From Camelus dromedarius (lineage: Eukaryota): a stretch of DNA of 64,000 nt. How positions within the stretch are numbered: the first letter of the stretch is position 1; each line of letters starts with the position of its first letter. Shown here one piece after another: positions 12,769-24,010 of the stretch. The notes below the pieces were generated by a model that was not told where the DNA came from, did not search any database, and worked only from the letters and a program-made list of their open reading frames with translations. The stretch is from assembly GCF_036321535.1 (NCBI RefSeq), contig NC_087447.1, positions 32,490,001 to 32,554,000 on the forward strand, given 5' to 3'. The translations under genes and the position numbers were made by a program.

Positions 12769-13162
12769 ATGTTATGTACTTTTTCATAATTTTTCTGAAC
12801 ACTAATCTATAAGACATTCTTATTTTTGTTCATTTCTTGTATATTTGGGAGTTTCCTTTTAGCTTTTGTGTAAAAACATCCATTGTAAATTTATTTTTCT
12901 TTTCTGTGTCATTTTATCATATCTGCCCATATTACCTTTCAATGGTCTCTGATTTCTTAGAGGCAAGGAAGATTTCTAATGTGTGTTAGCCCCCAATATT
13001 CTCCCTATCCTTCACTGGTTTAATGTTTAGAAGCAAATGAGCCATTAAAATAATAATCCCCGTTCTTCCTTTTTTGCCCTGAGGCTCGTTAGCTTGTATT
13101 TCTCTTCACTGAATCTAGTCATTGCTTTCATCAAGTCAAGTTATTGCAAAGGTTTTTACAGG

Positions 13163-13356
<194 letters not shown>

Positions 13357-13439
13357 GATGCTCACCATTCTAACTTTATTTTCATTGACCCTCTGCTTCA
13401 GTCTCATTGCCAGACATAATTACATTTCTGCTACGGGAT

Positions 13440-13560
13440 AGATGAATGGCTAAAAGTTCTGGCTCTGGAATCAGAGTCCGCCTCTACTCCTTACTACCTA
13501 TGCGATCTTGGTTAAGTAATTAACCTTCTCATCTGTGTAACAGAACATTAATAGTAAAAG
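13440..13560 (+). mobile_element. MIR SINE fragment
   Basis: 'tggctaaaagttctggctctggaatcaga...cttactacctatgcgatcttggttaagtaattaaccttctcatctgt'. Confidence 0.7.
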
Positions 13561-14235
13561 TAGTAACAAAATATAATTTATTAAGCACTTGTGTTAAGTA
13601 AAATTCCAGTGTTCTAGAAACCCTAGGAATTGTGTACTGTTAACCTTTCTGTTTTAAAGATGATAGAAGTGAGGATGAGACATATGGATTTACTTATATG
13701 GGAGTTGTTGGAAGTAATGCAGAAACTAGTCTCCAGTATCCCATGTAGCATAGGAGCACATAAATTGTAGTTGCTTAAACCATTTAAGAGCCATGATAAT
13801 TACTTTGAAATTAAGCGATGTTATTCAGTGGCTAGAAAAGAAGTTGCCCCTGGGGCAGAACAACTAGGGTCATGGAATATCTAAAGCATACAGCTGGTTA
13901 CAGTATCCAGACGTTTTCTGGCATGTTGTTCAGGACCTGAGTCTGTTAGGTGGGATGGCCTCAAGCTACCTCTACTGCCAAGAAATACTTGCTTTAGAGG
14001 CACAAAGAGTAGGAAGAAATACAACCCACTCACTTCCTATCCCAAGTAGATACGTGTGAACTCTTGGTCCTGCTAGCCATTATTCCCAAGAAGGCATGAT
14101 TTGTAGTCAAAAGACCTTTTGTTATAGACACCAACAAGGGAGAAGACATTAGACTGGTCTTCAGTACAAACTTATTGACTAGAAGAGCAAATGAACTCCA
14201 GGCAGTGGTCAGACAACTTGAGTTTGCATTCCAGT

Positions 14236-14287
14236 GTTTTGTTTTTGTTTTTGTTTTTGTTTTTGTTTTTGTTTTTGTTTTTGTTTT
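14236..14287. repeat. (GTTTTT)n hexamer microsatellite, inside a degraded MIR-like element
   Basis: Directly visible. Confidence 0.95.
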
Positions 14288-15480
14288 CTTTCCTGCTACC
14301 GATGTAATGCATTAAAGGTAGTTGGATCTGCTTCAAAGAAATGGGAAGAATAAACTTTGCTCTATCTCAGTAATGGGCTTAGCATAAGGACTAAGTAAGA
14401 AAATGGATGTGATCATATTTGTGAAGTTTTAAGATGTCTGTTATTAATTGAGATGAGTGTTAATCTGCGCTCAGCTTTTTAACTTGCCTCATTACCATGA
14501 TGAGTCCATTAATCTTGGCCCGCCTTGCTCTCTCTTATTTTCCTCTCTGGAGAATATTCTCAGTCTCTAGTCTTGATCTTATATTATATCATACCTTTGC
14601 TAAATATCTTTTTAAAAGAATTTATATGTCTTACTGGTTATAGTCCTGCAGTTAAAAATTCAATAACAATTTTTTTGAACCTTTGTCAGCTTTAAAACAC
14701 CATTAAGGCTTTTGAAGTTAAGGCAGAGGTTGGTGCCATTAGCAAGATTCTAACCAATTCAATGCCCTTGAATGTCTGAAGCTTTCTTCACAATTTTTAC
14801 TAATACACGGGAACCTCTACTCTCATAACCTCTTTGTCTCTGGTTCCTACCTCTGCGAATTTTTATTGTTTGTTTTTGTTTTTGTTTTCCTGGCATCCCC
14901 CAAACTCAGGAATAAACACCTCTTTGAATTTCCTAAAGTAATATCTTCACACAAAAATATCAGTGAGCAATGTAGCATTTACCTTGGATTTTGTAGGAGA
15001 ACTGAAGAAAAATCCCTTCTTAAGTGATTCTGTTCTTTCCAAGTATATCTGCTGCTGCTGCTCCCAAGAAGTTCTTTTTCCTTCACCTTTTTCCCAACAC
15101 CCTCTACCTTTCTGAATCCTCTCTCTCACCTGCTACATAGGCACAGCCCGGAACCGCTGGGATTTCACATCCTCCTTCTATTACGCAGAACAGTTTTACC
15201 TCCTTTTTGAATCAACCTTGTGGCAGCCAACACCTAGATTCTCTCTATTGGGAATCTGGAGGGCCTAAATTTCACACCAAGCACATATCATCCCACTCCT
15301 GTGGTTGAAGATGGAGCTTCTCAGATAAATTCTTGTGAATAAAACTTTCTCCATATCATTACTGGTGTAGTTCATTTTGAGTCAAGTCAGCTGTCTCTGT
15401 TTTCCCTTAGGGACTGAAGGACGATTGGATATGAGCAATCACAGACCAGAAAAAAAGATTTATTGATTATGATGTCGAAG

Positions 15481-15710
15481 AGTTATTGACACTATTTCCT
15501 AGGCATTGCATTCTAAGGGCTTTAGTTTAATTACTTATTTAGTTCTTTCAATAACCCAGTGGAGCAGGTACTATTGTTTTTATGTAAGATGAAGAAATTG
15601 AGGCATATGGGGTGAAGTTGCTTGCCTAAAGTCACGGATTTAATAAATGGCAGAGACATCATCCAACCCAGGCTGTCTGGGTCCAGAGCCCATGCTCATA
15701 ATTACCCTAC
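15481..15710 (-). mobile_element. MIR SINE, near full length
   Basis: 'aagatgaagaaattgaggcatatggggtgaagttgcttgcctaaagtcac...aacccaggctgtctgggtccagagcccatgctcataa'. Confidence 0.88.
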
Positions 15711-16902
15711 ATGGACTCTCACATGCTAACAACTGTATTTTCCCCTCCGTTGTGTTGACAGTTCACCCATCAGTCCATGGTGGTCAAGCCGCCATGGTGA
15801 TAATCCACTGTTTTGAATAGTAATCAGTTCATCATCAGTCCTCTGAAGCAATAGGGATTTCTCCTAGGTCCCTGGGTACCGTTAAGATCTTTATACATCC
15901 ATTCACAGCCCTTGGCACTTAGGTTAAGTGTTGCTGCTCCTTGGTCTAATATACAAATACCTATAAAAGTAGAAAGATCTATTCCTATGTAGAAGGTAGG
16001 TAATATTGTTATGGAATCATATCTTAGGATAACTCTTACTTGCAAGGAGTTTTTATTAATTTTGTTGGGCAATATGAGTACAGGTTATAAAATAAATTTT
16101 AGTTTCTGACAGACAAGAGTCATAATTCTGGCTTCCCCATTTACCATTGGAACTGGGTCTCAATTCCTCCTATGAAAAGTGGGGAACAATAATTATTCAT
16201 TTGAAGGCATTAGAGAAGAAAAAGCAAGATAACAGATGTGAGATAAGACAGTGGTGGGCACCAAATAACTACCATCTATTAGGTTCTCACTATGTGGCAG
16301 CCACTGTGGTCAGCGTTTCACATACATGATCATATTATATCCTGTACATCATAAGCCCTTGTTAAACTGAAGTACTTACTATTATTGTTGTGAACTTTTC
16401 ATAGCTGGACGTTTTAGCTTTGGACTTTTCATCTCTCTTTCAAGAGATTTTGAAGTCCACAGGCACACTGAATTTGGATGTGACTGATTTTATAGGGCCA
16501 CACTCTTCAGAATAAGATTTTATATACAGTATTGATCTGATGACATGCAATCTAAAAGATGAACACAAAATAATAAGAATCATATCAAAGCACATCAGAC
16601 TTCAGAATACACTGGGAGAATGTTGCTTCTGTACGTCCAACCTCTGACAAGACTTCCCTCTGGAACATGCATTGCATTTCTGATATTCTGTGCTAAAGAT
16701 ATAGACAAAGTCTTCCTCTTTTCTGGTTTGGTTTGCATAGGCTGCCATCATTTCTTGGAAAACAAGAAATGGGGAAGAAGTATCAAAATTAAATTTCCCA
16801 CTAGGTGGCAAAGAGGCATTACATTAATTCATCTCTTTTCTTTGTGCCATATAAAAATAGGAGAGAAAAACCACATCAGCTGTGGACTGCCTTGGAATGA
16901 AA

Positions 16903-16966
<64 letters not shown>
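16903..16966. repeat. (AT)9(GT)23 compound dinucleotide microsatellite
   Basis: Directly visible. Confidence 0.98.
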
Positions 16967-16968
<2 letters not shown>

Positions 16969-17649
16969 CTGCAGCTTTTGACTTTGGGAGAGAAATTGAC
17001 TTATAATGACTACAAATCAGAAAGTGTGAGAAAGATAGAATTACTGCGGTAAGTCACATTGGGGAATTTTAAAACATGTAAATGTTTAAACTTATCTTCA
17101 GGGAAGACAGAGTGGGAAATTCCAAATTCGTACTTTTAGTGCATTTACTGGCTCCCTTTTAGCTTGCTAGAGCATCTCCTGAGCCTTCTGTTCTTATTTA
17201 ATTCAGCAGCCAAATATGCTTCTGAAAGCAAAGAGGCACGGTGATAAATTTGGATCCCTAAACTTGATTTATCTTTGTTTTAAAATATTTCAAGATTTTC
17301 AAAATTTCTGTAGTTTCTTTTCTTTTTTTTTTTAAAATCACTCCTATCTTGTAAGCTCTGGGCCATGACCAGAGCTAGTACCCCATGGTCAAAGCATTTC
17401 TAAACCATTCTGATTCTCTGCCTAAAGTAAGGTGACAGTAAGTTGGGACAGGGGAAGTCCTTGCAGTCTTTACAGAGAAGTCCAGGGCGGGGACATTTGT
17501 TTGTTTCCCCTGTTGAAAATGTGAATGAAGACTAGAGGAGATGGGAGTAGAAAGTACAACGTCTCTCAATGCTTTCATTCTCTCAGGTGGCAACTGAATT
17601 GGTTAGTATAATTTAATTGAATATAATTTTAATGGAATATTGAATTCAC

Positions 17650-17770
17650 TTGAGAAGCTCACTTAATCCAAACTCTCTACCCTCAGTTTTCTCATCTGTT
17701 AAGTAGATGTAATAAAGGAACATCCTTCAAAATGCTGCTGGGAGGATTAAATGAGATGATGAGGATAACA
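17650..17770 (+). mobile_element. MIR SINE fragment
   Basis: 'ctctctaccctcagttttctcatctgttaagtagatgtaata...gggaggattaaatgagatgat'. Confidence 0.75.
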
Positions 17771-18199
17771 ATAATAAAAAAGTTCTCGATAACTAACAAC
17801 TTCTAACTGCTCACTTTGGACCAGCTAGTGTGTGAAGGGACAGTTTAAATTCATTCCATGAGACTAAGACACGTATTTATGGGTTTGAGTCAGAAAATCA
17901 ATCTTCCAGAATAGTACCTTCTTTCCTCTAGTGTCCATTTATTGCACTCACACACAAAATTATACAAAATGAAGTGAAGTAAAGCATACATCAAGCAAAA
18001 GAACAAACCAAAAGAGAGAAAGAGTACAGGTGAATTGACTTCAGACACATTCAGGTTCACCCCAGTCTTCTCAGTTGTGGTTGGATCCCTTGGAGAAGTT
18101 GTGGCTTAGTTTCCAGTTGAGAATCTAAGTACCAGCACACTACTGGTTTTGGTAAAACCTGTCCTGACAAATTGCATTTGCAACTTACATCCTTTGGCT

Positions 18200-18655
18200 C
18201 TAAGCTCAGGTGTCCCCTAAGATAACTGCCCTATTTAAATTTACCATCCTTCCGTTGATACTTCCTATTTCCTTACACTGATTTATTTATTTTTAACTTG
18301 ATACATTTAACTTACCATGTACAGTGAACCCTTGAACAAGGCAGGCTTAGGAAATCCCACCCTCAGCACAGTAGAAAATCCGCAAGTCCTCATCCATGGA
18401 TTCAAACAACGTCAGGTTGGATAGTGTAGTGGTGTAGTATTTACTATTGAAAAAAATCCATGTAAAAGTGGACCCATGTCATTCAAGGATCAAGTGTAGT
18501 TTACTTATTTGTTGTATTTATATGTCTGTCTCCTCCAGTAAAACATAAAAACCTTGAAGGCACTGGTTTTTGTTTGTTTTGTTCACTACTGTCTCCTCAG
18601 ACCCCATAAATGGAATCCCTCATTAAGTATTTGTTGAATAAATGAATCAAGAAAT
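18200..18655 (+). mobile_element. L2 3' end, interrupted by a Tigger MITE
   Basis: 'tgtctgtctcctccagtaaacataaaaaccttgaaggcactggtttttgtttgttttgttcactactgtctcc...tatttgttgaataaatgaat'. Confidence 0.8.
18322..18496. mobile_element. Tigger2/MER8-like TcMar MITE
   Basis: TIRs 'cagtgaacccttgaac' and 'ttcaaggatcaagtg' flanked by TA on both sides; internal 'gaaaaaaatccatgtaaaagtggaccc'. Confidence 0.88.
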
Positions 18656-18807
18656 GAAAAAATAGCTGAAGGATGAGGGGACAATAGGTAATGGAGGGGT
18701 CATGGACTTCACATTCTATTGATATTGTAGTTTTAGCTGTGCCTGTAGAGTTGATGCATTTATTTACTACACTGCTATGTATTGAGCCATGCACTATTAT
18801 TGTTGGG

Positions 18808-19770
18808 AACCCCAGGAAGCTTGCATTCTAGTGTGCCTGGCAGACAGTAATCAAATAAGTCAAAAAATAATATTTGAGGGTAATCAGAGACTTCTCTAGA
18901 ATTTTACACAGATGTTAAGCACTGCACCCTGTTTAGAATGTGGTTGTCCCGAAATTGTGTTTATATGCCAGTTGTATTGTTTATAATGTAGATTTTATGC
19001 CCTATGACTCGGCTTTGAAAGTGCTGATGGGGGTCACAGGGGGCCATAAATCCTCTTCCCTAAGCCATCACATTTGATAGCTTAATGATACGTTCTATAA
19101 AGAAAATAATCAAGACGATGTGATCATTGTAACAGGATGGGCCTTGTGGGGGATACAATTTTAGAAAAGTTTCCCTGAGATGGAAGCTTTTAAGCTGAGG
19201 CAAAGAATATGGGAAGATGGGAATGAGTCATTCAAGCAACAAGAAGAGGAAAAAGAGTCCCAGGCAGAGGGACCGGGACATACAAGTTCAGAGGTAAGGA
19301 AGTGAATCAGAAACAGAAATGTGACCAGTGTGAGATGAAGGGAGAGGACTGTGTGGAGTAAGTTTTTAAGGATACAGGAGCAAATCATAGGAGTTCTTAT
19401 AGGCCATGGCGATAGGTTTTAAGCTGGGGGTAGCATAATCTGACCTATATTATGCCATAATTTCTCTGGCTACTGTGAAAAAAAATAATTTGGTGAGGAG
19501 GAAAAGAGGAAATGGTCATTTAGGAGGCCATTATAGTGGTTTAGGTGAGTGATGATGGAGGTTGAGACTAATGCAGTGGTAATGGAAAGGAAAGAAAAGG
19601 AGATTGCAGATATATGTCGGGGGTAGAAGTCGATGACTTGCTAATGGATTTACTGTGAAGGTGAGGGGCAAAAAAGACTCAAGAATGACTCCTGAGTTTT
19701 TAGCCTAATCAACTTAGTGACTATTGGAACCATCAATCGATACGCAAAAAACTGGGAGAATAGCATGCAA
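18808..19770 (-). mobile_element. L2 LINE 3' region with an internal insertion at about 18875-19085
   Basis: 'ggaagcttgcattctagt', 'tttccctgagatggaagcttttaagctgag', 'cccaggcagaggga', 'gacttgctaatggatt', 'tcaagaatgactcctgagtttttagcct' are L2a antisense motifs in consensus order. Confidence 0.85.
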
Positions 19771-20677
19771 AGGGAAAAAGCAGCTTCAACGTCTGGCATC
19801 AGTTATTCAGAAAATGGTACTTCTTGTTTTATGTTAGGTGTGGGGTATAGAATGTGTCATCCAGCTCTGGTATTCTTGACAAGGAGAGTACTAAGAAAGT
19901 GGTGGACATGGAAGCATTCAATCATAAATCCACAGTACCCGGCACACAATCAGTGCTCAGAAGCCAAAGACTGAGTAATAGCATGGCTGACGTGAATAAA
20001 ACGGCAGAGTCTTACGTTTCTCAGAGGTTTCCTATGAGACAATAGGATCATCTGGCTATTAAACATTTGAAAGGAAATACTGATAAGAGAGGTGCTAGAA
20101 AACCTTTTTGAAAAATCCAGATGGGTAAGGGTGTGACGTGGTCTCAAGACGAACATTCGTAATAAATGGCTTCGTATTTCAGAACGCTGTATAGACACAG
20201 GATCCATCAACTTTAAGCTCAGGCTTATCTCCAGAAATCTTCTTTTATACCTGACAAGGGTTCAGAGCTGGCTTTCTTTGTTTCTGTCTACGGTACTGTA
20301 TTGTGGCCAAGAGGACTGTATATGACTTCCTGTGGCACCTCAAATATCTTCTAAAATGGGGTTGGAGAGAAGGTTGATGCCTGAAATTCTGAGGACAGAT
20401 TCTGAGAGTCGAACAACAGATAAATGTTTTCACTCATAATTTTTTTACCCAGTCCCCTATTATCTTTCAGTAGGTGAACTCTTGTCTGGATCCCAGAACA
20501 ATTCTACCAAAAAACAAAAGCAACAAATAGCTTTGCATTATCGCAGTCAAATAACTCCATTGTAAAAAGATGGTTGGAGGCAGCCTGGCCTCAGCACCTG
20601 TCCTGTGCTGGATATCTTTGTGCATCAGTGCCATTACCTGAAAAGAGGGGTGTGTGACACTCATAGGTCTTTCAGGG

Positions 20678-20830
20678 CATGATTTCTCAAAATGTAATGT
20701 GCTTGGGAAGCTTGTTAAAATGTAGATTCTGATTCAGTAGCTCTGGAGTGGGGCCTGAGATTCTCCATTTCCAACGATTCCAGCTGTTGATGATGTGGGT
20801 CATCCACAGATCACACTTTGAGTAGCAAAG
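20678..20830. mobile_element. MER5A hAT-Charlie MITE
   Basis: 'gaagcttgttaaaatgtagattctgattcagtagctctggagtggggcctgagattctccattt...cacactttgagtagcaaag'; near-TSD tttcaggg/ctgcaggg. Confidence 0.88.
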
Positions 20831-20879
20831 CTGCAGGGTGAAGGAACATCCTGATTAAAGATGACAGTTTGTGCAGACC

Positions 20880-21135
20880 TTTGATTTTTTTAATAGTGGC
20901 TTAATATTTTATCCTATGAATATACCACACTTCAGTTGATAAATTCCATATTGTTGGAAATGCACCCTTTGGCTTTTTGTAAGTATTATTCTAATGAACC
21001 TCCTCGTGTATAAATATGTGTCTAACCTGTTGGTTATTTATTAATTTTTGGCTATATTACTAGAAGTATAATTGATTTTTCTAAGGTATACATTTTAGCA
21101 TATATCCCAAATTGGCAAGAATTTTCAAATGAACT
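20880..21135 (-). mobile_element. Degraded L1ME-type fragment
   Basis: 'aatagtggcttaatattttatcctatgaatataccacac...ttccatattgttggaaat...tactagaagtataattg' resembles old L1 antisense 3' sequence. Confidence 0.5.
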
Positions 21136-22183
21136 CTCTGATGAAGTTATTATGTATAATTCCATCTTTGCAGCTTTTCCTGCCTACAGACTCATGCGAC
21201 ATTCTGACACCATGACATTTTTAATAATGCCTTGAGTAACATTTTATTCCAGCTATCTGATCATGCCCCATCTTTTTTAATGCTAGTTAAATATTTTAAG
21301 TGCTGGGTTTGTGAAGAACCGTAGCTGTTGCTGAGGAAAGAATTTGTAAGTGCATTCCTGGCACAGAATACAAATACAGTAGATGACACATAGATAATAT
21401 ATGGAACCTCAAATCAGATAAAATGACTTTATATCTTAAGATATGTACTCAACTCAATCAGTTGATTAAACATTTTCCAGAGCAGCTGGCAGCTGACAAG
21501 AATAACTTCTTTTAGAATAACATGGATTCTCTAGATTCAAATATGTAGAGAAAAACATGAAGAAAAAGGTCTATAATTACAGCTTAACACATAGAATAAT
21601 TTGGAGGCTAATTGTGTTTTCAAGTAAGTGAAAAGGATTTATCCAAACAGCACAGTGTTGATCTGGTTCTCCACTCTTAATACTGTTCATTTGTCCTGGT
21701 TTCATTCCTTCCTGATATCTAACATTCAGATATCTTCTGCTCTGAATTGTCATAATTCTAGGGCAAAGCCATATAGCGGCCAGAAATTTTTTTGGAGGCA
21801 GTATACCTAAATTGCAGTATCTATGTAATATAAGTTATTAGGAAGTTAACACTATGATCAAATGAGAGAATATAAATGAAAATATTTTATAAATGGAAGT
21901 ATTATTCATAGTCGTGAATACCATTATTAACTTGAAGTGCAGTAGGGGCGGGTAAACTACATCATGCAAACACACCACTTAATCTTCTTGTTTCTATCAA
22001 ATGCATCAAATTGTTCTTTCGATGGGAAGCTTCTGTTTATTCTCCACTTCAAAGTTCACCACAAATTTCATTTCCTCTAAGTTTCCATAGACCGCCCAGC
22101 TCTTGGCAATTATCATTTCCCAGAATTCATACAATGTAATTTTCTGCCACGTCCTTGTTTCGTGCCCTTTTAGATTATCTTTA

Positions 22184-22542
22184 TGGTATGGGCTGAGTTG
22201 TGTTCCCCTAAAATACATATGCTCAAATCTTAATCCTCAGAGTACTCACGATGTGACTGTGTCTGTTTTAATTACTTTTAAGGATGTCATTAAATTAAAA
22301 TGAGACCTTTAGGGTGGGTCCTAATCCATTCTGACTGGTATCCTTAGAAGAAGAAAAAATCTGGATATAGAAAAGGCACACACATAAGAAAAATGATGTT
22401 GAAGACAAAAGTGAGAGGGAGGCCAAGGAGAAAATCCTCAGAAGAAACCAAACTTTGATTCTGGGCTTCAAGCCTCCAGAACTGCTGTTTAAGCCACCCA
22501 GCCTGTGGGACTCTGTTATGACAGCCCTAGAAAACTGATACT
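22184..22542 (+). mobile_element. MLT1B-like MaLR solo LTR
   Basis: 'tggtatgggctgagttgtgttccccta...agggtgggtcctaatccattctgactggtatcctta...tgtttaagccacccagcctgtgg...tgttatgacagccctagaaaactgatac'. Confidence 0.9.
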
Positions 22543-23839
22543 TTCCTTCATAATTAGGTTATAATTTCCTCAAAGGGACCACCAACCTCTCTACTTCTCT
22601 ACATTTTTGGTGCTCAGCTAATAGTATGTCTTGACTAAATATGTTCATTGTGGTTAAATCTTATGACTGGATGGAGCACTCAGGTCTGATAAATGTTTAT
22701 CAGAATAGCTGATAAATGCATTCCACGCTTGGTGGCTTTTTTGATCCAGATATTTTGGGGGGGAAAAAAAGTCCTACCTTTCAGCCATCTAGCGGATTTA
22801 AATGATAAGAATAATCTTAGATAGTTCCATATGAGTTATCTAGTTTACCTTGTGAACCATCTTCTGGAATGGGCTCATTAGGTATTAAATAAATCATCTT
22901 ATAGAAGCTAAGGCTCAGGTTGAGTCACCTGTTCACATCAGATAGTTAGGAAATAGCTTAGAACCTGACCCAGGTCTTCCTATTCCAAATTTAGTCTTCC
23001 CTTTCCTTCTGGTCACCCTCCTGCCTGGATTAACTGTGTTCTAAGAAAAAGATTCCAGAACTAGGAGTTAGAAGACTTAGCTTTTAGAAATAGTTCTGCT
23101 CCATGAACTTAGACCGGTTTCTTGTGTGTTAAATGAAAAACTATCTCATTTGCCTACTTCACAGGAAGGTTTGAAGGTAAACGTAAGAAATGAGCATTTT
23201 CATTTCATGAGAAGGGGTGATCCATTTCCACAGTCAAGTTCTCTTGTGATTACCTAAGCAATGATTGTGCTAGCACCACCAGAACACATACGGAGACTTC
23301 ATTGCTTATAAAGCTACTTCTCCAGAGGCAATGAGCATGGCAATGCGGTGATATATTTCCTTTTGGGCACGTTAGCCAAGGGAGGAGATAACTGTGTTGG
23401 ATTCTAGACCACTGGGCAAAAATAAGTACTAAATTCCTGAGATAGTGGTAGAGGAGATAGGGCCAAGAAGAGAAAATCCATTTTTCTCTAGGTTCTTCAT
23501 ATCTCCCTTGATCTCTGGGGCCCCTATTGAATCATATGCTCAAAGGAAAATTCCAAGATAAAAGCTAATACAAATTATAAATGGTGGATTAACATCTGGT
23601 ACATTCCTCTGAGAGTGTATAAAATAGTCCACTTGGTGTGGGAAGAAAAGAGTAGAGCTTCTATCTGTTTATATTTTTATATCTCATCATTTAAAATTGT
23701 TTTTTCTTCTTTTATAATGTATATGACATATTACAATACACATAATAAGTGAATAATATTTAGATATTGTGGATACATACCCAAAGGGTGGTTATTGTTC
23801 AGAGTTTGTACTCCTCAAATTATAAAGTCTAATGTCAGA

Positions 23840-24010
23840 GTGAAGAAACACTTGGTTGAGAGCATGGGTTCTGGATCTACTATTTCTACATCTACCATTT
23901 ATTACCTGTGTAATTTTCTAAGTCACTCAACTTTTCTGACTCTTCGTCTGCTTCTCATTAAAATGGGTACAATATTTGCCATGCCTATCTCATGAGATGG
24001 AGACTAAATA
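23840..24010 (+). mobile_element. MIR SINE
   Basis: 'ggttgagagcatgggttctgga...tctaccatttattacctgtgtaatttt...cttctcattaaaatggg'. Confidence 0.7.

Noticed and set aside
12363..12812. 149-aa + strand ORF
   Set aside because: Antisense read-through of an L1MA 3' end.
16602..16811. Minus-strand ORF with a possible acceptor (ttcttgttttccaag|aaatg) as a terminal coding exon
   Set aside because: AAG acceptor is weak, the peptide is unrecognised and there is no supporting partner exon.
23575..23835. Possible MER113-like hAT remnant
   Set aside because: Too degraded to support a call by eye.
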